Positions 1 to 8,384 of a stretch of 11,982 nucleotides of DNA are shown here, in pieces. The notes under the pieces were generated by a model. It was given only the letters and a program-made list of their open reading frames with translations, ran no database searches and was not told where the DNA came from. Within the stretch, counting starts at the first letter, position 1, and the number at the start of each line of letters is the position of its first letter. Made by a program: the position numbers and the translations under genes. The stretch comes from Myxococcales bacterium (lineage in GTDB: Bacteria; Myxococcota; Myxococcia; Myxococcales; Anaeromyxobacteraceae), in the NCBI GenBank assembly GCA_038320275.1, contig JBBQEB010000121.1, forward strand, positions 1 to 11,982. Reading direction: 5' to 3'.

Positions 1-143
1 CGGCCACGTGAGAGTGGAGAGCGGCGTGACGGCGGCGGGCCCACGGCGACGATCGCGTTGCCGCGCGAGTCCGGCAAGCGGCCGGTCGTCCGCCAAACGA
101 GCCCGCACCGCACGGTGAAACCTGATCCCGGGGCGCCGCCGTC

Positions 144-160
144 ACGGCACGCGCCCTGCT
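144..160 (+). promoter_or_regulatory. Putative sigma54 (-24/-12) promoter upstream of comM
   Basis: ACGGCACGCGCCCTGCT: GG at 146-147 and GC at 158-159 with the exact GG-N10-GC spacing, and a GGCACG core matching TGGCACG-N4-TTGCW. It deviates at the T before GG and at one T of TTGC. No SD precedes the ATG at 175. Confidence 0.5.
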
Positions 161-174
161 CCTGCGGTCGATGC

Positions 175-1692
175 ATGCTCGTCCGCGTCCGATCCTCGGC
201 AGTGCTCGGCGTCAGCGCCGTTGGCATCGACGTCGAGGTCGACGTCACCGACGGCATGCCGAACTTTCACCTGGTCGGGCTCGCCACCAGCGCCGTCCAG
301 GAGGCGAAGGTGCGCGTCCAGGCGGCGGTGCGGAACTGCGGGGTGAAGCTGCCCGAGAAGCGCGTCGTCGTGAACCTCGCCCCGGCCGACCTGCGCAAGG
401 AGGGCACCAGCTTCGACCTACCCATCGCGGTGGCGCTGCTCGCCTCCTGCAAGGAGCTCCCACTCGAGGCGCTGGAAGGGCTGCATTTCACGGGAGAGCT
501 GTCGCTGTCGGGCGAGCTCAAGCCGGTGCGCGGGGTGCTGGCGCAGGCCATCGAGGCGCGGCGCAGCGGCGCGCGCGGAATCGTGGTCCCGGAGCCGAAC
601 GCGCTCGAGGCGGCGGTGGTGGAGGGGCTGCGAGTCCACCCCGCGCGCCATTTCGGCGAGGTGGTGGCCTGGGCACGGGGCACGGTGGCGATGCCCATCC
701 GCCCGCCTCTCCGGTCCGTGCCGTCGATCGACCCCGCGCTCGACCTCGCCGAGGTAGCCGGCCAGGAGCACGCGCGGCGAGCGCTGGAGGTGGCCGCCGC
801 CGGCGCTCACAACCTCCTGCTCTTCGGCCCGCCCGGGAGCGGCAAGACGATGCTCGCCCGGAGACTTCCCGGGATCCTGCCTCCGCTCTCCTTCGAGGAG
901 GCGCTGGAGGCCACAGTGGTCCACAGCGTGGCAGGGCTCACCCGCGACCGGGGACTCCTGGTGGAGCGGCCGTTCCGCTCCCCGCACCACTCCGTCTCCG
1001 ACGCAGGGCTGGTGGGGGGCTCGAGCATGCTCCGGCCCGGCGAGGTCTCGCTGGCGCACCACGGCGTGCTCTTTCTCGACGAGCTGCCCGAGTTTCGCCG
1101 CCACGTCCTCGATGCCCTGCGGCAGCCCGCGGAAGACGGCGAGGTGTGCATCGTCCGCGCCGCGCGCTCGGTGGTCTATCCCGCCCAGTTCATGCTGGTC
1201 GCCGCCATGAACCCGTGCCCGTGTGGCTGGTACGGCGATCCCAGGCGCTCCTGCCGCTGCACGCTGCACGAGCTCGACGTCTACCGTCGGAGGATCTCGG
1301 GCCCGCTCATCGACCGCATCGACCTGCAGGTGGACGTGCCGTCGGTGCCCCCCGCGTCGCTGGGGTGCGGGGGCAAGGGGGAGCCGAGCGAGATCGTGCG
1401 CGAGCGGGTGCTCGCGGCGCGCCTCCGGCAGTCCGAGCGCTCGGCCGAGGTGTCCGGAGCGCGCGTGAACGCGCGGCTCAAGGGCAAGGGGCTCCGCCGC
1501 GCCTGCGCCCTGGACGCGCCGGGGCGCAGCATCCTCGCCCGGGCGGTGGAGAAGCTGGGGCTCTCGGCCCGCGCGCACGACCGGGTGCTGCGCGTCGCGC
1601 GCACCATCGCCGACCTGGAGGGGACACCCTCGATCCTGCCGGTGCACGTCGCCGAGGCAGTGCAGTACCGCGCGCTCGACAGGAGCGCGTGA
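175..1692 (+). CDS. comM: ComM/YifB family Mg-chelatase-like AAA+ ATPase (505 aa)
   Basis: N-terminal Lon-like/ChlI motif [19 protein letters not shown], Walker [32 protein letters not shown] (Walker B), [12 protein letters not shown], and C-terminal [19 protein letters not shown]. Family-like sequence begins at ATG 175 (MLVRVRS), not at TTG 58. Confidence 0.95.
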   Translation: MLVRVRSSAVLGVSAVGIDVEVDVTDGMPNFHLVGLATSAVQEAKVRVQAAVRNCGVKLPEKRVVVNLAPADLRKEGTSFDLPIAVALLASCKELPLEALEGLHFTGELSLSGELKPVRGVLAQAIEARRSGARGIVVPEPNALEAAVVEGLRVHPARHFGEVVAWARGTVAMPIRPPLRSVPSIDPALDLAEVAGQEHARRALEVAAAGAHNLLLFGPPGSGKTMLARRLPGILPPLSFEEALEATVVHSVAGLTRDRGLLVERPFRSPHHSVSDAGLVGGSSMLRPGEVSLAHHGVLFLDELPEFRRHVLDALRQPAEDGEVCIVRAARSVVYPAQFMLVAAMNPCPCGWYGDPRRSCRCTLHELDVYRRRISGPLIDRIDLQVDVPSVPPASLGCGGKGEPSEIVRERVLAARLRQSERSAEVSGARVNARLKGKGLRRACALDAPGRSILARAVEKLGLSARAHDRVLRVARTIADLEGTPSILPVHVAEAVQYRALDRSA

Positions 1693-1745
1693 GGGCGCCT
1701 CGAGCGCCCGTCCCACGCCCGCGCCTCCCGCCCGGGCTTCCTGCA

Positions 1746-1751
1746 GAGGAG
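1746..1751 (+). promoter_or_regulatory. Shine-Dalgarno site of recA
   Basis: GAGGAG 5 nt before ATG 1757. Confidence 0.8.
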
Positions 1752-1756
1752 AGACC

Positions 1757-2779
<1,023 letters not shown>

Positions 2780-2783
2780 GGCG

Positions 2784-2937
2784 CCTGCCCCGTTTACACG
2801 GGGGGGGTCCCAGCGAAGCTGGGGAGGGCAGAGCCCTCCAGGCAGGGACAGCGAGCGAAGCGAGCGTGGGCCCCTGCGAGCAGGGGGTGGGGCCCTCGCT
2901 GAGCTTCGCTCGGCGGTGCGGGGCAGCATGCCCCGTT
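2784..2937. repeat. Multi-hairpin palindromic intergenic element (REP/MITE-like) with 9-bp direct repeats
   Basis: Hairpins at 2788-2803, 2809-2823, 2823-2839, 2871-2886 and 2919-2935. Long-range stems at 2784-2789/2841-2846 and 2852-2861/2903-2912. TGCCCCGTT occurs at 2786-2794 and 2929-2937. Confidence 0.75.
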
Positions 2938-5900
2938 CAAAAGAAGAAATAACGGAGAGTGACGTTCGTCACCCAGGAGGTGTTGTTGCGCTGCGCCGGC
3001 GTCTGGATGCCGCCGATGTCGAACGGATGTCCGAAGTGGACGCGCAGCAGCAACGGGCCGAAGAGCATGTTCACACCGAGGACGCCCGTGAGGGTGCGGG
3101 CGTCCCAGGCGCCGAAATCGTTGGGAGCACAGGTCAGGTCGCGCGTGGTGCACCCCGCGCGCGTGTCCACGTGGTTGAACACGCCGCCAAAGTCCATGGC
3201 GGCGACGCCCGCCAGGTGGTCGAAGATGGCCAGCCGGATGAGAGGGTCGAGCGGGAGCTGCAGCTCGAGGTTCGTGACGTAGTAGTTCTGGCCGATGAGG
3301 TAGGCGAGGTCGAGGGGATAGAAGCCGCGCAGGTTGTCGGCGGCGGTGAGCCACCAGTTCCGCGCCCAGAGCTTGCCCTCGTCGTTGGGCGCGAAGCTCG
3401 TCCCGGCGGCGAAGCGGAGCATGAGCTTGGTGCGGCCGGCCACCTGCCAGTACTTCGAGGCGTCGGTGCGGGCGAACCCGTGCACCGCGCTCCGCCCGGG
3501 AAGCCAGCCGCCTCCCACCTCCGCCAGGAAGGCGCCGCCGGAGATGGGGCCGGCGAGCTGGTCGTACCGGACGGTGTCGTACCCGAATCGGAAGGTGGGA
3601 CCGAGCTGAAGGTTCACCCCACCGTTGCGGGCCTGCCAGTCGCCCACGCCCTGGCGCGCCAGCTCGATGCCGCCGCAGAAGATGGGCCGGTCGACGGCGA
3701 AGTCGGTGAGGCAGTACCGCTGCACGCCTCCCACGGCCAGCTCCACCTCGAAGCGCCGGAAGCGGTCGAGCGGAAAGCGCAGGCTGCCCAGCGCGCCGAA
3801 GTCCCGCTGATAGAAGGCGAGCGTGGGGTCGATGCGGTCGAGCTGCTCCTGCACGAAGTGGTAGGCGCCCAGCACCCAGGTGGTGCGCCCGGTGCGGTTC
3901 TCGAACAGCGCGAGCCCCTGCGTGTAGTCGAAGGAGCCGTAGATGGAGAGGTCCAGGTAGAGGACGTGGTCGCGCAGCATGTCCGAGAACAGCACCGCCG
4001 CGCGGCCCGCGATCGCGTTCTGGGCTCCGCCGCCGTAGACGATGCCCGTCTCGGGCCGCCAGTTGCTCCAGGAGAGCGAGTTGTACGAGGGCGTGCTCTC
4101 CGGGAACTCCTCCCGTGGGATGGGGAGAGGCGGCCCGCTCGAGGCCACCACCGGCACAGGCGGCTCGTCGAGCCAGGCCACCCGGGGCACCTCCACCAGC
4201 CGGAACCGCCCGCGGTAGAAGGTGCCCGCCCAGATGCCGCGCGCCTGCGGGGCGGCGGCGGGAGCCCACAGCCCGGTGGTGAAGTCGGTGACCCTGCGGG
4301 TGGCGCCCTCCTTGAGGAGATACAGGTCCGGCTTTCCCGCCGCGTCGCTGGAGAAGAGCACCGAACCGTCGATCTGCGGGCGCGGGTAGCGGTCGTTCGC
4401 GCCGGAGGTGGTGAGGCGCGTCCGCTCCCCGGTCGCCACGTCGATGCGGAAGATGCTGAAGCGCCCGCTGTCGGTGGCATCGGAGGAGCAGTAGATCCCG
4501 TCGCGGCCCCAGGCGATGTCGCGCTCCGCCCACGGGTCGGAGGTGAGCTGCCGCACCTTCCCGCCGGTGGACGGGACCACGAAGATGTCCTTCTGCCCCG
4601 CGTCGGTGATGGCGGCGAAGGCGAGGTGGCTCCCGTCCGACGAGAAGGACGGGTCGGAGATCTCGATGAACCGGCGGCCCGTCGGATGGAGGAGCTCCAC
4701 CCGCCGCCGCGCGCCCAGCTTGAGGATGGGCGGCTTTCCCGGCCTCGGCGGCGTGTAGCGGTAGGGCACGAGATAGAGCGTGTCCCCCGGACCATCCTGG
4801 GCTGCGAAGGCGAGGAGGCCGTTCGCGATGGCCATCACCGAGTGCTCCACCGGGTGGAGCGACTCGACGCCGGGCTGGTTGTCTGCCGCCACCTCGATGG
4901 CACCGCGCGGGTGGCGAGGGTCCATGAGGAAGAGCTTGGCGCGCCCGGCCTCCCGGTCGATGCCGCGGTAGAAGACGAGGTTGCCGTCGGCGGAGACCAC
5001 GAAGGCCTCGATCTCGGTCGAGGCGCCTTCCGGCAGCTCCCGGAGGTTCTGCAGATCCTGCCGCGTCCGCATGTACTCCGGGTAGTAGCGCCGCTTCAGC
5101 CAGGCCCTCCACCGCGCGTCGACCTGCTCGAGCGACTCGTTGAGCACGCGCCGGGTGAGCGCCGCGAAGCTCCGCTCCGACGAGGCGCCGAGGCCGTTGC
5201 CCATGAGGTAGGAGTTCTCGAGGTAGGCCTGGATCTTCTCCTTCCCGTACACGTCGGCGATGAACGTGACGCGCGCCTGGCCCAGCTTATAGGTCGGGAT
5301 GTACCCCCGGTAGCGGTCCTCGGCGAACGGGATGATGTCGTAGTGGCGCTCCTGGTCCGGGTTCCAGACGAGGTCGCGCAGGTACAGGTCCGCCTCGGGG
5401 TCGAGCCCGCCCTTGGCGTAGTACTCGGCGATGCCCTCCACGAACCAGAGCGGCAGGGACTCGATGGGCGAGCTCATCTCGTCCGCGCCGGCGAGGTCGA
5501 TGAGCTTCTGGATGGTGAACTGGTGAACCAGCTCGTGCGTCGACACCTCGCGGAAGAGCTCGTGGTCGCCAAAGTACGGCAGCGACATCTTGAGGTCGCG
5601 CGGCGAGGTCACCCCCAGCACCGACTCGCCGATCTGGAAGACGTTGGTGGTCTGGAACTCCCGCTGCGAGGCGTAGAGGATGTAGGGGATCTGCTTCGTG
5701 GGCGTGTAGTGGAACTGGTCCACGAGGCGCAGGTAGGCGTTGCGGATCACGGGGAGGGCGCGCTCCGCGATGTCGCGCTCCCGGCCGTAGTAGTAGAGCC
5801 GGATGCCGCCCTGGCCTCCCGACGGCGAGGGGACGTCGTAGTGGTGCCAGTCGAACGCGTACCAGGAGACCTGGTTCTGTCCGGGGCGCTCGGGCAGCAC

Positions 5901-6071
5901 GAACGTCTGCGAAAGGTCGTTGCCGCTGGAGAGCCCCCGCTCGCCGCGCCGGGCGTGCAGCCGATCCATCTGGTGCATGGCGTCGCCGATCGACGCTGGC
6001 GACAGGTTGAAGGTCTGCGCCTGCGCGAGGAGCGGAGCGGCGAGGAGGAGGACGGCGGCGCGCCAGTTCAT
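2937..6071 (-). CDS. Omp85-superfamily outer-membrane protein with N-terminal gluzincin-type metallopeptidase and TolB/PD40-like beta-propeller domains
   Basis: Signal peptide MNWRAAVLLLAAPLLAQA, HELVH (5523-5537) followed by WFVEGIAEY (EGIAEY 5421-5438), and PD40-like repeats (DPSFSSDGSHLAF, VRQLTSD, RTRLTT, RRVTD). The C-terminal amphipathic strands carry LRGF (3321-3332), MDFG (DFG 3186-3194) and terminal VTLRYFFF. Alternative start GTG 6080. Confidence 0.85.
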   Translation of the reverse strand: MNWRAAVLLLAAPLLAQAQTFNLSPASIGDAMHQMDRLHARRGERGLSSGNDLSQTFVLPERPGQNQVSWYAFDWHHYDVPSPSGGQGGIRLYYYGRERDIAERALPVIRNAYLRLVDQFHYTPTKQIPYILYASQREFQTTNVFQIGESVLGVTSPRDLKMSLPYFGDHELFREVSTHELVHQFTIQKLIDLAGADEMSSPIESLPLWFVEGIAEYYAKGGLDPEADLYLRDLVWNPDQERHYDIIPFAEDRYRGYIPTYKLGQARVTFIADVYGKEKIQAYLENSYLMGNGLGASSERSFAALTRRVLNESLEQVDARWRAWLKRRYYPEYMRTRQDLQNLRELPEGASTEIEAFVVSADGNLVFYRGIDREAGRAKLFLMDPRHPRGAIEVAADNQPGVESLHPVEHSVMAIANGLLAFAAQDGPGDTLYLVPYRYTPPRPGKPPILKLGARRRVELLHPTGRRFIEISDPSFSSDGSHLAFAAITDAGQKDIFVVPSTGGKVRQLTSDPWAERDIAWGRDGIYCSSDATDSGRFSIFRIDVATGERTRLTTSGANDRYPRPQIDGSVLFSSDAAGKPDLYLLKEGATRRVTDFTTGLWAPAAAPQARGIWAGTFYRGRFRLVEVPRVAWLDEPPVPVVASSGPPLPIPREEFPESTPSYNSLSWSNWRPETGIVYGGGAQNAIAGRAAVLFSDMLRDHVLYLDLSIYGSFDYTQGLALFENRTGRTTWVLGAYHFVQEQLDRIDPTLAFYQRDFGALGSLRFPLDRFRRFEVELAVGGVQRYCLTDFAVDRPIFCGGIELARQGVGDWQARNGGVNLQLGPTFRFGYDTVRYDQLAGPISGGAFLAEVGGGWLPGRSAVHGFARTDASKYWQVAGRTKLMLRFAAGTSFAPNDEGKLWARNWWLTAADNLRGFYPLDLAYLIGQNYYVTNLELQLPLDPLIRLAIFDHLAGVAAMDFGGVFNHVDTRAGCTTRDLTCAPNDFGAWDARTLTGVLGVNMLFGPLLLRVHFGHPFDIGGIQTPAQRNNTSWVTNVTLRYFFF

Positions 6072-6114
6072 GCGGGTCACCCGGGAGGGATCAAGCGAGA
6101 GGGCGCGCCGCGGC

Positions 6115-6145
6115 AGAGCAACGTGCGGGGCCGAGGTCCCGCACG
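6115..6145 (-). terminator. Possible stem-loop terminator downstream of the DUF1285-like gene
   Basis: Perfect 8-bp inverted repeat CGTGCGGG (6122-6129) / CCCGCACG (6138-6145), followed on the minus strand by only a weak TTGCTCT tail. Confidence 0.35.
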
Positions 6146-6170
6146 GCGGGCCAGACCGGGATGAGCGCCC

Positions 6171-6653
6171 TCACCGGCGCTCGACCTGGATCGGATAGGA
6201 CCGGCCGCCGTGCTCGAGGACGAAGCGACCAGGAACCTGCGGGTCTTCCTCCAGCGCGAGGCCGAGGTCGATCTGCGCCGAGCGCGTGAAGCGCGCCCGG
6301 TGCGAGCCCTTCACGATGCAGTGCAGCACGCCCGCGGCATCGACGCTGAGCGTGGACGGGTCGAGCGCCTCCACCGAGCCGTCGGTGAGATGGACGGCGG
6401 GCTCGCGCCCCTCGAGCTCCACGCCGCGCACGCCGTAGGGAGCGTCGAAGACCGCGACGTAGCCGCTCTCCCGGCCGACGCTCACGAGGTAGCGCCCGTC
6501 CTCCGCACGCCGCAGCGACCCCCAGAGCACCTCCAAGGTGCGGCGGTGCGTGATGGGCTCGCCCCCGTGGCACAGGCGGCCCTCGTCGTCGATGGACAGG
6601 CCACTCCGCTGGCGCAGGAGCTCGAGAGCCTGGGCATCGGGCGCGGGGGGCAC
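6171..6653 (-). CDS. DUF1285-like protein (160 aa)
   Basis: LSIDDEGRLCHGGEPITHRRTLEVLWGSLRRAEDGRYLV..E...VAVFDAPY resembles the DUF1285 N-terminal pattern, and ARFTRSAQIDL resembles its C-terminal pattern. GTG start, GC3-rich codons. Confidence 0.75.
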   Translation of the reverse strand: MPPAPDAQALELLRQRSGLSIDDEGRLCHGGEPITHRRTLEVLWGSLRRAEDGRYLVSVGRESGYVAVFDAPYGVRGVELEGREPAVHLTDGSVEALDPSTLSVDAAGVLHCIVKGSHRARFTRSAQIDLGLALEEDPQVPGRFVLEHGGRSYPIQVERR

Positions 6654-6718
6654 GGAAAGGATGTAGCAGGGGTCGCCGCGCGTTGCGGCGGCCCGTCCGT
6701 GACGCTACCTGCCGCTCC

Positions 6719-7168
6719 ATGCAGCCGCCCCTCCCCGAGCCGATCGTCCGGATCCGCTGCACCACCGACGCCGACCGGGCGCGCAGCCGCCAGATCCTCG
6801 AGGCGATGGGGCTCTCGCCGGAAGATGCGCTCACCTGGCTCGCGGTTCGAGACGCCCACCCCGACACGGTGAACGCGGCGCTGGTCGCGGGCGGCGCGGT
6901 GGCGCGCACCGCGGCGCGCGAGAACATCGGCAAGCTCCTCGGCTGGCTCATCGACCGCCAGGGGGATCTCGACGGCAGGTCGCGCAACGTGAAGGCCCTC
7001 GTCGAGCGCGTCCTGGGCGACGCAGGGCTGGCCCAGCGCTACGCACCTCGCCCCGAGCCGGAGCTGCTCGAATCGGCCCGGACGCTGTACCGGCAGCTCA
7101 TGGCCGAGGGCGCACCCTTCATCTCCTGGGAGCGCTTCCTCGAGCTCTTCTGCGTCACCCGCCCCTGA
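6719..7168 (+). CDS. Hypothetical protein (149 aa)
   Basis: ATG at 6719, GC3-rich codons and normal globular composition. It fills the gap between two real genes and its 3' end overlaps the convergent gene by 14 bp. Confidence 0.75.
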   Translation: MQPPLPEPIVRIRCTTDADRARSRQILEAMGLSPEDALTWLAVRDAHPDTVNAALVAGGAVARTAARENIGKLLGWLIDRQGDLDGRSRNVKALVERVLGDAGLAQRYAPRPEPELLESARTLYRQLMAEGAPFISWERFLELFCVTRP

Positions 7169-8384
7169 AGGCGAGGGCGCCCCAGGTGTTCACCGCGACG
7201 CCCGCGAGCCCCAGCGCCCAGAAGGCGCGTCCCATCCGCCGGGCACCCAGCGCGAGCAGGAGGACGAGGTAGGGGGTGTAGTCGAGGCTGAAGCGGTAGC
7301 CGAACTGCACGTAGCCGGTGTTCTGGTAGAGCAGGCCGGGGAGGGCGGTCACCGCCACCGTCAGCCACAGCGGCAGATGGAGGCGCGGCCGGGCGCGCGG
7401 CCAGAGGAGCAGCGCGAGGAGCGGCGTCGTCACGAACAGTGACATGCCGTCGGGATCGTAGACCGGCCGGCCCCCTTCCCAATGCGGGAGCCGGGTGAAC
7501 GCGGCGTGAAGCTGCTTCTCGAGATAGTGGAACGAGAACAGCCCGTGATGCTGGATGTCGGCGTTCACGCGGTTGTTCCAGAAGTGCGCGTGGCCGAAGT
7601 CGGCGGGCGAGCCGAAGCGGGCCCAGTTGGCCGCCGCCGCGAAGGCGAGGAGCGGCGCCGCGCCGGCCGCGAAGAGGGCCACCTTGCGCCAGCGCGCGGG
7701 ATCGCGCCAGGTTCCCCGCTCGCGCGCCCCGGCTTCGAGCGTCCCCTGACCGGCGATCACCTCCGCGGCGAAGAAGAGACCGGTGAAGACGAGCGGCGTG
7801 CGCGTGACGGCGGCGAAGCTCCAGGCCAGCCCAGCCAGGAAGGGGTGGGCGGCGCGATGCGCGGCGAGCAGGTAGAGGCAGGTGGCAGTCACCCCCAGCA
7901 CCTCGGCCGTGAACCAGACCTCGCCCCGCACGGAGCAGGAGAAGGCGATCGTGCCGAAGGCGAAGAGGAGCGCCAGGCCTGCGTTCTCCCCGCGCGTGCG
8001 CGCGATCTCGCCGCTCCGCCGGAGCTCTTCCAGGACGAGGAAGAGGAGGAGCACGTTCAAGGCCGCGAAGGCCACCGTGAACGACACGTCCACGTACTCG
8101 AAGCCGAAGAGCGCGACCCCGGGCAGCATGAGCAGCGCGGGCCCGGGAGGAAACGAGACGTACCAGCGGTCGCCCACGCGCGCCCAGTCGTTGTCGTCGG
8201 GCGGGCGCACCCGGAGGTGGAGCTGCCCGTGGAGCCAGGCATCCGCCTGGTAGACGAAGTGTGGGGCGTGCGACTGGTGGACGAACCGGTTTCCGGAGAA
8301 CGCGGCCAGCACTGCGAAGCTCCCGGCGAGGAGCGCGAGCTCCAGCCGCCGCGCGCGCAGGAACGGGAGGGCGCTCGCGCTCAC
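7155..8384 (-). CDS. Polytopic membrane protein, probable GT-C fold glycosyltransferase-like (409 aa)
   Basis: About 10 hydrophobic segments. After TM1 a large loop (YQADAWLHGQLHL..PDDNDW..WYVSFPPGPALLMLP) carries acidic residues, and FGYRFSLDYTP lies near the C-terminus. The GTG start overlaps the cinA stop (GTGA). Function is inferred. Confidence 0.7.
   Translation of the reverse strand: MSASALPFLRARRLELALLAGSFAVLAAFSGNRFVHQSHAPHFVYQADAWLHGQLHLRVRPPDDNDWARVGDRWYVSFPPGPALLMLPGVALFGFEYVDVSFTVAFAALNVLLLFLVLEELRRSGEIARTRGENAGLALLFAFGTIAFSCSVRGEVWFTAEVLGVTATCLYLLAAHRAAHPFLAGLAWSFAAVTRTPLVFTGLFFAAEVIAGQGTLEAGARERGTWRDPARWRKVALFAAGAAPLLAFAAAANWARFGSPADFGHAHFWNNRVNADIQHHGLFSFHYLEKQLHAAFTRLPHWEGGRPVYDPDGMSLFVTTPLLALLLWPRARPRLHLPLWLTVAVTALPGLLYQNTGYVQFGYRFSLDYTPYLVLLLALGARRMGRAFWALGLAGVAVNTWGALAFRGG

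Noticed and set aside
1..57. Possible 3' end of an upstream gene
   Set aside because: Too little sequence to assign a frame or strand.
58..174. N-terminal extension of ComM from TTG 58
   Set aside because: Pro/Arg-rich sequence unlike the family, which begins at ATG 175. The region contains the putative promoter.
1693..1756. LexA/SOS box or terminator upstream of recA
   Set aside because: No recognisable myxobacterial-type (…GTTCAG) or E. coli-type CTGT-N8-ACAG box is visible. The GGGCGC-N5-GCGCCC hairpin is short and lacks a U-tract.
2784..2846. tRNA or CRISPR interpretation of the cloverleaf
   Set aside because: Loops are 3-4 nt, with no anticodon loop, TTC-containing T loop or CCA. There is no repeat-spacer periodicity and no cas gene.
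2794..6164. 1082-aa plus-strand ORF (2916..6164) and 772-aa minus-strand ORF (2794..5112)
   Set aside because: Antisense mirror and alternate-frame shadows of the Omp85-type gene, with biased composition and no motifs.
6091..6987. ORFs 6091..6987 (-), 6210..6872 (+) and 6482..6859 (-)
   Set aside because: They overlap the better-supported DUF1285-like gene and the 6719..7168 gene, and have shadow-frame composition.
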